NCBI GenBank assembly: GCA_963514005.1
Contig: OY740786.1
Coordinates: 30,318,001-30,382,000 of the forward strand
Reading direction: 5' to 3'
From: Raja brachyura
Lineage: Eukaryota
DNA: 64,000 nucleotides
Numbering within the stretch: position 1 is the first letter of the stretch; each line of letters starts with the position of its first letter. The position numbers and the translations under genes were made by a program. The notes beneath the pieces were generated by a model. That model did no database searches. It saw nothing but the letters and a program-made list of their open reading frames with translations, and was not told the DNA's origin. Of the stretch, positions 22,165-35,139 are shown in pieces.

Positions 22165-23470
22165 AATAGAGGAGGGTACACAAAATACTGGAGAAACTCA
22201 GCGGGTGCAGCAGCATCTCTGGAGTGAAGGAGATGGGTAACGTTTCGGGCCAAAACCCTTCTTCAGGCTGATGGAAGGTGGGGGGAGGCGGGCGGAAGAA
22301 AGAAAAAAAGGAGGAGCCCAAAGGCTGAGGGAGAGGTAGGAAGGGGAGGAGCCAGCAAGGGTAAACAGAATTGAGAGAATTCAATGTTCATGCCAAGGGG
22401 ATGCAGACTCCCCAAGTGGAATACGAGGTGCTGTTCCTCCAATTTGCGGTGTTGCTCACTCTGGCTGCGGAAGAGGCCCAGGACAGAGAGGTCGGATACG
22501 GAGTGGGAGGGGGAGTTGAAGTGCTGAGCCACCGGGAGGTTGGGTTGGTTATTGCGGACCGAGCGGAGGTGTTCGGCGAAACGATCGCCAAGCATCCACT
22601 TGGTCTCACCATTATCGATCGGCTGGCAGCTAGAGCAGCGGATGCAATAGATGAGGTTGGAGGAGGTGCAGAACCTCTGTCGGACCTGGAAAGACTGCTT
22701 GCGTCCTTGAAAGGAGTGGAGGGGGGAGGTAAAGCGGCAAGTGTAGCACCTCTTGTGGTTGCAAGGGAAAGTACCCGGGGAAGGGGTGGAGCGGGAGGGA
22801 AAGGAAGAATTGACAAGAGAGCTGCAGAGGGAGTGGTCTTTGCAGAAGGCAGACGGGGGGGGGGGGGGGGTGGATGGGAAGATGTGGCGAGTGGTGGGGT
22901 CACGTTGGAGGTGGCGAAACTGGCGGAGGACTATGTGTTGTATGTGCCGGCTGGTGGGGTGAAAGGTGAGGACCAGGGGGATTCTGCCCTTGTTGCGAGT
23001 GGGAGAATGGGGAGAGAGGGCAGTGTTGCGGGGTATGGAGGAGACCCTGGTGCGAGCCTCAACTATAGTGGGGGTGGGGAATCCCCGTTCTCTGAAGAAT
23101 TAGGACATTTGTGATGCCCTGGGAGCATCCTGGGAGCAGATGCGGCGTAGACGGAGGAATTGGGAATAGGGGATGGAGTCCTTACAGAAAGCAGGTTGGG
23201 AGGAAGAGTAGTCCAGGTAGCCATGGGAGTCAGTGGGTTTATAATGGATGTCGGTCAGGAGTGTATCCCATGTGATGGAGATGGTGAGGTCAAGGAATGG
23301 TAGGGAAGTGTCGGAAATGGTCCAGGTGTATTTGAGTGCCGGATAGAAGTTGGTGGTGAAACGGATGAAATCAGTCAGTTGTGTGTGGGTGAAAGAGGTG
23401 TCACCAAAGCAGTCGTCGATATAATGGAGGTAGAGTTTGGGGATGGGGGCCCTGGTACGCCGCGAACAAG
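22165..23470 (-). mobile_element. Penelope-like element, 5'-truncated (RT C-terminus, GIY-YIG endonuclease, 3' pLTR)
   Basis: YLHYIDDCFG, LPFLDLTI, DIHYKPTDSHGYLDY, SIPYSQFLRLRRICS; LGDRFAEHLRSV, VAQHFN, RKLEEQHLVFHLGSLHPLGMN. Confidence 0.93.
22239..22266 (-). ncRNA. Minimal hammerhead-ribozyme core in the PLE terminal repeat
   Basis: Minus strand: CTGAAGA-AGGG-TTTTGG-CCC-GAAAC-GT. Minimal hammerheads are an established feature of Penelope pLTRs. Stem I is not evident in this copy. Confidence 0.55.
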
Positions 23471-23474
23471 GAGT

Positions 23475-25060
23475 GTGCCCATAGCTATGCTTTGAAAAAA
23501 CAGAGGAGGTGGAGAGGCTTTTCAGAGGACAAAAAAGCCGGAAATCTCCAGGACATGACAATGTTTCCCCTCTACTCTGAAACTCTATGCCAAACAGCTG
23601 GCACCGGTCTATACAGACATTTTTATACAGACATTCCATACAGATATTCCAGTCCCTGCAAACATGTACTGTCCCTGACTGCTTCAAAGTCTCCACTATT
23701 GTCCCTGTACCCAAAAAGGCAAGGATTACGCACTGACCTCTGTAGTCATGAAGACACTTGAAAGGCTTGTGCTGGCCAAGCTGAAAAATATCACAAACCC
23801 CCTGCTGACCCTCTGCAGTTTGCATATCGGGCCAATAGATCTGTGGATGAAGCAGTCAACCTGGGCCTGCACTTCATCCTACTGCACCTAGATTGCCAGG
23901 GAACCTATGTGAGGATCCTGTTTGTTGATTTTAGCTCAGCATTCAACACCATTGTGCCAGAGCTACTACACTCCAAACTTTCCGAGTTGACTGTGCCTGA
24001 ACCCCTCTGTTGGTGGACCACCAGCTTCCTGACGGACAGGAAGCAGCATGTGAGGCTGGGAAAGCACATCTCGGATGTGTAAATGCACAGCATTGGAGCA
24101 CCGCAAGGCTGCGTACTCTCTCCTCTCCTCTACTCGCTCTACACTAACGACTGCACCTCCACAGACATCTCTGTCAAGCTTCTCAAGTTTGCAGACGACA
24201 CAACTCTTATTGGACTGATCCAGGATGGGGAGGAATCTGCCTACAGACAGGAAGTGCCACAGCTGGCGTCCTGATGCCATCGCAACAACCTAGAGCTCAA
24301 TGCTCTTAAGACAGTGGAATTGTTTGCAGACCTTAGGAGAGCTCCCCCTCCCCTCACCCCACTCACCATCAACAACACCACAGTCACATCTGTGGAGTCT
24401 TTTAAGTTTCTGAGAACCATCATCTCCAAGGACCTTAAGTGGGGGACTACCATCGACTCCACAGTCAAAAAGGCACAACAGAGGATGTACTTTCTGTGGC
24501 AGCTCAGGAAGCACCAGCTGCCACAGGCAATAATGGTCCAATTCTACACGGCCATCGTAGAGTCTGTCCTCACCTTCTCCATCATGGTCTGGTTTGGCTC
24601 AGCCACCAAGCACGACACCTGAAGGCTGCAGCGAATCGTCCGATCAACAGAGAAGGTTATTGGCTGCAACCTTCCCACCATTGATAAACTGTACAGTGCA
24701 AGGGCCAGGAAGCGAGCGGGCAAGATCACCTCTGACCCCTCTCACCCTGCGCACAAACTCTTTGAATCACTTCCCTCTGGAAGGCGACTCTGGACTGTCA
24801 ATGCTGCCACAGCCAGACATAAAAACGGTTTTTATCCACGAGTAGTTGCTCTACGCAGCAGCCAAAAATCTGTAGCCTCGCTTTGATCTGGTATTTTGTT
24901 GGTTTGCATGCTTGATCAATGGTGTTTTATCATAAATGTTTTATTATTATTAATGTTTAGTGTTTTCTGAGTCATTCGTAACTGTCACTGTATGTCATGT
25001 TGTTACTTCTGGGCAGAGCACCAAGGCAAATTCCTTATGTGTGAATACTTGTCCAATAAT
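23475..25060 (+). mobile_element. Rex1/Babar LINE, 5'-truncated, with 3' UTR
   Basis: YVRILFVDFSSAFNTIVP, GAPQGCVLSPLLYSLYTNDC, KFADDTTLIGLI, KKAQQRMYFL, FYTAIVESVLTFSIMVWFG. Confidence 0.93.
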
Positions 25061-25089
25061 ACTTGTCCAAACTTACTTACTTACGTACT

Positions 25090-26027
25090 TACTTGGTAAG
25101 GCCCTCATAAAGGCCAAAAGGGATTTCTACTGCAAGCTGTGGCAGGGGCTTGAATGCAATCACCTCCTTCAAGGCGAAATCAGGTGGCAGCTCATATATC
25201 GGCAAAGCATCACTCCCTGATGAGCTCAATGCATTTTATGCACACTTTAATAGGGAGAATACTGATATGCCTTCCCTAGCCCCATTCGCCGTGATGGTAT
25301 TTTGGTCACAGTCACAGAGGCTGACGTCAGAAGATCCTTCAGAGGGGTGAACCCTCGGAAAGCGCCTGGACCTGATGGTATAGCCGGGCGTGTTTTAAAA
25401 TCCAGTGCAGACCAACTGGCTGGAGTTTTTAACAGACATTTTCAACTTCTCGCTTCTGAGGTCTGAGGTTCCCACCTGCTTTAAAAGGGCATCAATAATA
25501 CCAGTGCCCATGAAGAACAATGTGGCATGCCTCAATGACTATCGACCAGTGGCACTCACGTCTGTGGTGATGAAGTGCTTTGAGAGGTTGATCATGGCGC
25601 AAATTAACTCATACCTCGACAAAAACCTGGACCCACTGCTGTTTGCTTACCGCCACAACAGATCAATGGTGGATGCGATCTCAATGGCTCTCCACTCCGC
25701 TCTGGACCATCTTGGCCACACACTCATGTCTCTGTTGCCATCAGGCAGAAAGTACAGGAGCCTGAAATCTGCAACATCCAGGCTCAGGAACAGCTACTTC
25801 CCCACAGGCATCAGACTATTAAACACAACTTCAAACAAACTATGAACTATAACAGCCTATTGCACTTTATCTGTTTATTGATGTGTATATATATATATAT
25901 ATATATACGCTGATCTGATCTGCATTAAGACTACAATATCCTGTTGTGCTGCAGCAATGCAATAATTTCATTGTCCTATCTGGGACATGAAAATAAACTC
26001 CCTTGCATCTTAAATCTGAATCTTGAA
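25090..26027 (+). mobile_element. Internally deleted Rex1/Babar LINE with 3' UTR
   Basis: [20 protein letters not shown]...HSALDHL joined directly to [15 protein letters not shown]...[15 protein letters not shown]; (TA)n at ~25887. Confidence 0.88.
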
Positions 26028-26030
26028 TAA

Positions 26031-26590
26031 AGGGCCTGTCCCACCAGCATGCAACTCTATGTGATGAGCGCAACCTAACGTGGTCGCTTGAGCCGTCCGT
26101 CGTCGCAGGGCCAGTCCCACTTCGATCGCCGGAATTGTGCGGAGTTCGTCCCGACATCGTGCGGGGCTCCGAAAAACTGACCATGTTCAAAAATTCCGTG
26201 CGGCAACTACTTGTCGGCTCGCAGTCGCCTCAACGCATTACACACAGTCTCAACTTCGTGCCTCCGTGACCCTCTCTGTAGGTGCCTCCGTGACCCTCTA
26301 TGTGTGTGGCTCCGTGGCCCTCTGTGTCTGTGCCCCTCTCTGTGCTCCCCTCTCTGTCCTGGCGAACTTACCTTTAAGACTTCGCTCCAAGTTCACCTCA
26401 CTTTGCGCCGCGTTGCGCTACTCACCCGACCTCCGCGCGGCCCTCGCTGCCGGTTTAGTCGCGCTTGCCGCATGCAGGCGCATGCTGGAGGGACCGGCCC
26501 TGTACAGGGATCACCCGACCTCCGCGCAGCCCCCGCTTCTAGTTTGATCGCGTTCTTCGCATGGAGTCGGATGCTGGTAGGACAGGCCTT
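26031..26590. mobile_element. Non-autonomous TIR DNA transposon (MITE; Kolobok/T2- or PIF-Harbinger-like)
   Basis: TIRs AGGGCCTGTCCCACCAGCAT (26031-26050) and ATGCTGGTAGGACAGGCCTT (26571-26590), 18 of 20 matching. Flanks are ATAA and TTAT; the interior is GC-rich. Confidence 0.8.
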
Positions 26591-26594
26591 TTAT

Positions 26595-26990
26595 GCTTTC
26601 AGAGGGTTCACTGATATTGGGTATTCTGATATTGGCCTCAGTAACTGAGATTACAGCATAGTCAGGGGCTGTGGTGGCTCAAGAAGGTACATAAGTGTAC
26701 CCCTTTTTGAATCAAGCTTCTCCGGGAGAAATGCATCACTGTCACTTGAACTGCTCCTTGGTTTCACCTTTTGGGAAGTAATACGTTCAAGCCTTTCCAC
26801 AGTTGCCGATCATCTGTCTGATCCTTTAATTTACAGCTAAACCATCTCTTTGCTCTCTCAAGGGCCTTATCGAGTTTGTACCTGGACATCTTATATGACC
26901 TAATATTACCGGGCTTGAATGGTTGAGATTTGGTCCTAGGTAGACTGTGAACCTCCTTGTTCATCCACGTCTTCTGGTTAGGAACAGTGA
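26595..26990 (-). mobile_element. Rex1/Babar fragment
   Basis: YKMSRYKLDKALERAKR...RQLWKGLN. Confidence 0.7.
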
Positions 26991-27509
26991 GATGGCCTTA
27001 ACAGTAATGGAGAGAGAGCATATGTTTTTATGAACAATCCTGTGACACTTTTGATAACAATTTATGGTTCCCTTGACAGAGTCAACATCTAGACAACTAA
27101 AGATGGATTTGATGAGTCCATATTTCCAACAAGCTCATTCAAAATGCGGACATCCAAGAGACAATTGTTCAAGATTTCATATGATGTCCTTCCTGCAAAT
27201 ATTGGATTCTGCTAATTTTTCCTTTCTACATCCATTCAAAACAGTCAGTGTTGCTGTGAATCAATTTTCTTAAAAAATAACCTTGTCAGCAGTTTTTTCT
27301 CTAAAAAATGATAAATGTAGCAATTTTATGATATAGTAAAATCTTATAGCTTATTGTAATGAATAATTCATGTTTTTAAAAATGTCACCAATTTAATTAT
27401 AATTTGTGTGGTGGTCTTCAGTTTTGTTCTTCTCTGGCTTGTGGGTGGAACAAAAACTGATACATTTACCTGATCTAATTTCTTAGCTACAAGGATAACA
27501 CTAAGGTGA

Positions 27510-27815
27510 GAGCGGAAAGATTTTAAGTTGAAAGGAGAAAGACCTAAGATGAGAGAGGAAAATTTAAAAAGGAACCCGAGGGGCAACTTTTTTCCACATA
27601 GGGTGGTGGGCGCATGGAAAGACCTGCCAGAGGAAGTAGTTGAGGCATGTACATCACAACATTTAAAAGACATTTGGATAGGTACATGGATAGGAAAGGT
27701 TTAGAAGGATTGGGGGGCAATTGCTGGTAGGTAGGCCTAGTGGAGATGGGATCTTGATCAGCATGGGCAAGTTATGTCAAAGGGCCTGTTTCCATGTTGT
27801 ATGACTATGACTATG
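27510..27815 (+). mobile_element. CR1 3' end
   Basis: FKRNPRGNFFPHRVVGAWKDLPEEVVEA followed by the tail GGGCCTGTTTCCATGTTGTATGACTATGA. Confidence 0.85.
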
Positions 27816-28574
27816 ATTAAGCAAGCAATAACACAAATATCAAGTACATTGGAAGAGAAATTTTTTGTTTCATTCTGTTCACTCTGCATCAAAATTCCTT
27901 TGCATCATGATGAAAATTATTGAACCGATGCAATGATAGCTGAATCAATGATAGCTGATGTACTTGGCACTTCAATTCCATGAAGCTGCAACAGTTGAAA
28001 TAGTTTAGGTTGGATTTATTATTGCCATATGTACATAGGCAGATTGAAAAGTTATATTTTGCATTCATTCTAACAATTCCACAGCAATCATTAATGCTAT
28101 GAGTGTTGTCAATCATTAATGTTATGAACACAAACTGATTCAACCATTGTTTCTGCGATGGCTTCATCTAAGAGTTATCCATTCAAAGCATAAGCTCATT
28201 CCATCCTTTGCGATTAAGAATGCTTCCACACCGGTCTTGTTGATTCTGAGGTGACAGATAAGGTCAAATGTGGAAAACATTGTGGGAAATGGTGGGCACG
28301 CTTGTTCTCCTTATGGGAGAGAAAATTAAGGAGAGTTTTAAGAATCAATTTTTTTTTTGATTGGCATAATGAAGATTATTTGTCACTGCTAATAATGCAA
28401 ACGATTAAGGTTATTGGTAATCTAACCCGAGGAATAAGATTCATCAAACAAAGCCATTTGTGCCACTGTGTTCTCAACAAACAAAAATAGAACAGTTTTG
28501 GTTACTCCCACTTCCCAGCTCCCTATCTTTCCCACATTTATATACTTGGAACCCATAAAATCAGAGTGCATTTG

Positions 28575-28680
28575 TAGGAAGGAACTGCAGATGCTGGTTT
28601 ACACCAAGATAGACACAAAATGCCAGAGTGACTCAGTGGGACAGGCAGCATCTCTGGAGAGAAGGAATGGGTGAGAAACC
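28575..28680 (-). mobile_element. Penelope-derived terminal fragment
   Basis: GGAAGGAACTGCAGATGCTGG...CAGCATCTCTGGAG matches 17510-17600 and 22175-22225. Confidence 0.75.
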
Positions 28681-29227
28681 AGAGTGGATGCAGTTCACCC
28701 TCAATCCCAAGGAATGGAAATAGTTTATGCCAAGGACGGATAGTTCCTCCATGAATCAACACAGACACAATGGTTAAATCATTTTACGTTACTAATTTAT
28801 CACATAAATTATTGCATTTATATCATTTGGATTCCTTCAAGCTGGTTCACAATTAATTTGTTCATATCATGTCCTCTCAAAATTGGCCACATGTACAACC
28901 ACACGATGTGATATTCAGCTGACATTATCAGTATGGGGAGACTTTTTTAACTGCTCATATTTTCTCAGGCAGCATGTTTTGCATTTGACTGCTACTTTCA
29001 ATCACTGAGAAGCTGATTGGACTGCACCAAATAAATCGCAAAATAGTTCAACACAGTTAATTAAAGTTGGTTTACTCAAAGATTGTTTGACGTTATAATG
29101 ACCAAAATGGTTTATTTATAGTGACAATCCCATTTTTGGTGCCATTAATTCAACAGAACTAAAAAAGCACTTTTAAATATATGTAATTGTACTTTCAATG
29201 CATATTTAAAACAAGCTTTGCAATTTC

Positions 29228-29385
29228 TATAAGACATTTGGACCAGTACATGGATAGGAAGTGTTTAAAGGGATATGGACCAAACATGAGCAAATAGAAA
29301 TAGTTTAGATGGGGCATCTTGATCAGTATGGATGAGTTGGCTAAACGGCTGGTTTCCACGATGTATGACTCTATGATTCTATGTC
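29228..29385 (+). mobile_element. CR1 3' UTR remnant
   Basis: AGACATTTGGA...TACATGGATAGGAA...GTATGACTCTATGA, similar to 27665-27815. Confidence 0.7.
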
Positions 29386-32300
29386 AATTGCATGGCATAA
29401 TTTAAGATTTTGGCTTCAGTGACACACAAATATGTACCAGCCAAAACCAAAGCAAACGTCATAACACTCCCAAAATAAGATTGGATTTTGCGCATGGAAG
29501 TTGATTATACCCAAACCAGGAACTTTTGATTATTGTGCTCCTTATATTACCGCCCATAAGTTTTGCTATTTCAGGAGCAACTTTTGAAAAGAAAATAAGA
29601 TACATTCTTGAAAAATGTGTAACTATGAAGTAGTGGAAAGGGATAACTGAGTCCACCACAACAACATGTTATCTTTATGATGGTAAATGACACGGGTTTA
29701 TTAACTGTTAAGATTTCAATTTCAATCTTCCTCAAATCATATCCTTGAAAATAATTAAAGAATACCAATAGGGTGTTGTGTTTTAACACATCTCCAATGT
29801 TGGTGAAAAAACTTAGAGGAGATTAGTTGGTTCAAACCCTCAGCATTTGCCTCCAGGCTATAGCATAGTCTTCTATGGTGAAAGGCAGTTTAATAAGTTT
29901 TGGTATTTCATGTTATCACTCTTCATTTCAATTTGTTATGGACATTCACCCACAATCATGGGACAGTGCCATGGGCAAAATCAGAAGATTGGAACAAGTA
30001 GGTGAGCTGTTTTTTTTTCTCCCCCATCCCATTTACTCCCAACATATTGACATGAAGTTTCAATATAAACAAAGTTCATATGTTTCCAAATCACTTGCTT
30101 GGTGTTAGTAGAAGCAAATTTAAATATTTACATTTTCCTGCACAGTGCAGTGATATGAATAATGTTGTTGAATTACCTTTGCAGAAAAACATATGGTTCC
30201 TGTTACTCTAGAAAATCTTATACCACTTTGTGAAAATGTTGCTAGCTTCTATCTTCCCAGTTGTTGATGTAGTTAAATCTTGGTTTCAAGACTTCAATGC
30301 AACATAAAATACAAAATATGTGATTTGCTTCTTCTGAAGTGATAGAAGTTACCTGATGCAGATAAAGAGTTAACAACCAAGTGATTATTAAATGACGCAC
30401 TGCTGCTAATTGCTTCCCCTGCCGACAGGCGTTGAAATTCTGAAACACTTATCTAAGTTATACAGCTTTATTACTTCATTAGCATGTTTATGGAAGGAGT
30501 TTGGTTATGCTGAGAAAGCCATAAATGAGTGAAGTTGAAAAGACAGAATTCCTTTTTGCTTATCTCAGCTTACTTAAAAGGCTTCAAGGTTACTTTTCAA
30601 TAAATTAAATCAAAAGCTAATAGTGTGAAGGATGGAGGACTTCTTGCCAGCATGTGGAAATTGCTGTAACGAGTGAACATCATTGGGGAATGATGTAAGA
30701 GCATAATCCAGCTATTAGATGATGAGAATAGCTAATTGAAATGCTACACCAAACAAAGTACAAACTCCTGGTGTAAACATGGGTGATGGAGTCGGAGGGT
30801 GCGGTCGCAGTAACATTGAGAATTGTTGGCATCAAGCGTTTAGTTTCATGATAATCAGAAACTTAAGGGTGAAAAATATTATATCAGCAAAATGCCTGTC
30901 AACTACTGTATACTTCTTCCCTTTTGACCATCTACTTGCTATCTTTGTTTCAGAAATGACATTGAGAATTAAAGATGGTCAAACTAGGTCTTTCCACTAT
31001 AAAATAATTCAAGCATTAATAAACCATGAGTGCCCTACCAATCTTCGTTGAAAACCATTAAAGCATAATCATTGATAATATTTTAAAAGTTGCAATGATA
31101 TTTAAAAAGGTCTTGTTCTGAATTTCCCAAATTTCAAACCACAGGAGTCAGAACAAGCAAAAAAGGCTTTAGTAAAGAAAAACAAAATGAGATTTTTTTT
31201 ACAATTTAAAACTAACTATTGTATTCAGACGTAAGGAAGTCCATTTGTTGTAACTATTAATGTTGTCATTTATTAAGAATACATGCAAACGATTTCAACC
31301 AAAAAATACCACTCAATGACAATGGACAGTGAACACCTTTGTTCTTGGGGTGTCTTTCATTCCATTGTCTAATTTCTTTAACACAAGTATTCCACATTTC
31401 ACTGCGTGTTTCAATAGAAAGTGGAAGAATGAGATACCATGATTAAGCTTTTATCTGCAAATATTGGAATCATTGACTCCAGAAGATATATTCTGAGCAC
31501 TTGCTGGATGCATTTCCTGCCCCCAATATTCTCTTTTTCCTGATAATGGGCTCTTGTGTACCAAAGGTCTCCCAAGATTTTGAAATTAAATAGGCTGAAC
31601 AGCTTTCAAATGGGGTGGAGGGCCCAGCAATTTTATAAGCCACTGTAGTTAGCCACATGTGTCGGGAGAAGACACAAGCTGCCTTTTTCTTCCTAAGCAG
31701 TCCATTAGGATGTCGAATGTTTTCCTCCTGTGGTATCTCTGGAGGCCACAGACTGTTCCACATATAAGATTGGAGATAATTAATGAGGGAGACTGGGAAG
31801 TGATCGTCGTTCTACTGTCATTGCAGGATTTTTGTGTGCTCTTGATGAATAGACACCGTTCCATTCTAAATGCACCTTGCAGCATTTATTGTTCAAAGAA
31901 TGCCATGAGCAGATGGGGCTGTTTCATGATCTCTAAGACATCTTGAAAACATCCATGTGATCTTCTCATGTGATGAAACTCAGAGGAATGTATATATTTT
32001 GGGAATTTTTTTTTATGTTTAAGAAGTAGAGCCTCAGGAGCGCTTGCTCGCTTGAAGCCAAGATGTGATTGGAAGCTTGTTGCCCCTTGTGGATGGATAC
32101 TTGGGCATAGAATATCACTTAGTGAAAAACAGGAGGTTAAACATTGTGCAATGGCAAATTGGGTGTAGGATGTGTGTCCTTTATTGCACTCATTTGTTAG
32201 GTAAATGGAGGAATTGTTTTCCAATGACAAAGAACAGGAGGTTAAATGTTAATCAATGGTGATTTTTTTTAAAGATGTAAAATCCACATGTATCCATGCT

Positions 32301-33379
32301 GAATGTGAAAATGCTATTGGTGCTGCGAATCTGTGAAACACTTTGGGTTCTCTCTGAGTGCAACAGTGCACTTTTAAGACCTGACTTGTTCAAGATACCA
32401 CTGCCCTGCGAGATGTTCTTTGTATCTGTTCCTATCTGAGGTAATTAAGAGGGCAACAGGGTCACCATGTGAAAGACAGGTTTAGGGTACAGGTTAAGCA
32501 GAAAATCCAACAGGTAACCTCTGATAATTCAGCATGAATGGGACTTTTGTAGTGCCTGACTGGCTTGATTTTATGACTTTTGGATGTTATTCCTATCAAT
32601 GGCCTGTTAGGCTTCCTTTAAATTCCTTTAATTCCTTTCTTTTGTAGATAGTATTCTGTGAAATGTTCCAACAAACCTGGTAAAACAGCTCCTGTGTGTT
32701 AGCATGAGAGAGGAGCCTCGGTGTATCACAAAGGAATTTAAATAGAGCACAGAAGACATCATCAAATGCAAAAAAGTCAGGATCTTTGAGATACAATTAT
32801 AATAAGAATAATAAGATTGCAGATTATTGGAATTTTACAGTACGTAGTGCAAAAATAGTCCTTCAGAAATTACCATGAATGGCTATTAATTAATGCACTG
32901 ATAACATTGTCAAATCATTAAAATTAATAAAGTACTGGACAGAATTTCATTAGCGTTTGGAGAATAATTGTCAATTTTTCCTTGAGACATAAGTCTTAGG
33001 AGTAGAATCTGTCTTCATACTTTCATCTCTGGTCATTAAGACATATAATTATCTTATATGATTGGTTGGTGAGGATGGTTTGAACTCTATTGACATATTG
33101 AATAATATTATCCTTTTCCCATTTTTAGCTTAAAACTGAATAAAGTAACTTAAACCTTTTAGCAGTTATGTCAGCGCACACTTAGGGATGCTTCACAATT
33201 TCCTTGAAGTTCATAATTTGTTTTCTACATCTCAATTGTGGTCAGAAAATCGCAAATCGGTTTCAAGTATTAGCAATCAATATTTGAGATTAGAGATTAG
33301 ATAAACAGATGATCTCACTGTTATGATGAAAGGAAGTATTTGCACCAATTAAATAGTTCTGGTGTTTAAATCTCTGAGA

Positions 33380-33670
33380 GCACATTGGTGCAGCTGTAGA
33401 ATTGATGCCTTACAGCGCTAGAATATTGGATCCGATCCTGACTACGCGTGCTGTCTGTATGGAGTGTGCTTGTTCTCCCTCTGACCATGTGGGTTTTCTC
33501 CAGGTGCTGCGGTTTCCTCTCACATTCCAAAGACGTGCAGGTTTGTAAATTCATTAGATTCTGTAAATTGTCCCAGTGAGTAGGACAGAACTAGTGTACA
33601 AGTGACTGCTGGTCGGCATGGATTCGGTGGGCCGAAGGGCACGTTTCCACACTATAACTCTTAATGAAAC
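33380..33670 (+). mobile_element. tRNA-derived SINE (HE1-like)
   Basis: TGGTGCAGCTGTAGA A-box-like, GATCCGATCC B-box-like, TGTCTGTATGGAGT core, GGGCCGAAGGGC tail. Confidence 0.85.
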
Positions 33671-34048
33671 TGAACACCGACCTTTACAAGACCAAAATTA
33701 CATCACGTTGGTACAAATCACTTTTACTCCAAGAAACAATAATGCTGAAAGGCAAATAACTGAAGGTTATCAGGGTCTTAATATAAGGTTACTTCTTTGA
33801 GCTCAGAGTTTAAATCCAGTGCTACGTTTATAGAGGTTTGGACAGAGGATTAAAATGGAAACATTTAGTAGAAAAGAACCTAGGTTGTCAATCAACTGGT
33901 CCCATTCTAGAATTAAAGTAAATTCTACCTGATACTTGACTTAGCTACAAAATGAAACATATTAGCAGGATAACACTGATATCTTAATCTAAAGCAATAA
34001 TTCTACATTGTTTCAGCAGTGATGCAACGCTGATGTATTGTATATTAA

Positions 34049-34263
34049 CGGGCCTGTCCCACTTGGACATCATTTGCGCATCACGTGTGTGAAGAATTTT
34101 TGAATTCCAAAATCCTGGAATGCCGCACTCGACTGCACGTCACTGCCTACGCCACCATGCCTCACCACGTGCCATGCCCGTGTAATGCACACCATGCACG
34201 CGTTGTGCATCTTGATGCATAAAATGTCATGTCAATTATTCACAAATGATGCCCAAGGGCCCT
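34049..34263. mobile_element. Short MITE related to 26031-26590
   Basis: TTAA|CGGGCCTGTCCCACTTGGACATCATTTG ... CAAATGATGCCCAAGGGCCCT|TTAC; the right TIR has a small deletion. Confidence 0.7.
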
Positions 34264-34629
34264 TTACTTCCTGCAGCACCCTACAGTGTCTGGTCAGAGA
34301 TAAAACAAATCGCTGATCCAGATCTGGATTGTAAGATTATTAAAATCCAACTATTCAATAAAGGCTTCTGTACAAATTCAGCTCATTCCTGTAAAGCAGC
34401 CTTTGCCATCACCCAGATTTAACCAGTGTGGTAATCCAATGACTAGTTTCCAGGTATATTGCGAGCTTCTGGATCTATCTTATGGCATTGCCAACAATTC
34501 AAAGAGAAAATGCTTGATTTGCAATACTTAGCCAACATATTGAGGATGAAAAAATAATTTTGGGTAATAATTCTTAGCCATAGCTAAACTTTGATTGGCC
34601 TCTTAAATGCAGTATGACATGACATGATT

Positions 34630-34642
34630 TTCAACAATTATT

Positions 34643-34716
<74 letters not shown>

Positions 34717-34731
34717 ATATATATATATATA
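34630..34731. repeat. (TA)n microsatellite with a short (TG)n interruption
   Basis: Directly visible. Confidence 0.98.
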
Positions 34732-35139
34732 CTAAACGTCTGATCTTACTCCATTTTGGCTCGCTGTGCTGTGATTTCTGAGAGAACACTGCCACCCACG
34801 GCCATCATTTTTGGCCAGCTCATTCAGAGCCCCCCCTCCGCCTTTCTGGACTAGAGGACTTGATGAAAAATCAGAGAGATATTAATGTTTTTTTTTTAAA
34901 TTCCCATTCTCTCTGCTGCCCCTGCTGGAGGGAGGGGGAGGGACTATAAAACCAGAACATTGACTCACTCAGTCTCTGCAAGATGGAGCAAGCCAGAGGG
35001 TCACATCTCCCTGAGCTCCGAATGGCACTGAACACATGTCTACTCAACTATGAGTGCCCTTAATGTGGTTTGAAAATGAAAATATGGTTGGTTTGAAGTA
35101 AAAAGGCTCTGCCTGCAAATATTTGTTTGGGGGATTTTG

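Noticed and set aside
22371-23114. 247-aa Gly/Ala/Val-rich ORF
   Set aside because: Antisense reading of the Penelope GIY-YIG/RT region.
23100-23825. 241-aa ORF suggesting a novel RT fusion protein
   Set aside because: The N-terminal half is antisense Rex1 sequence that happens to be in frame with the truncated Penelope RT.
26137-26648. 136- and 145-aa GC-rich ORFs
   Set aside because: They lie inside the MITE's low-complexity repeats and have no transposase motifs.
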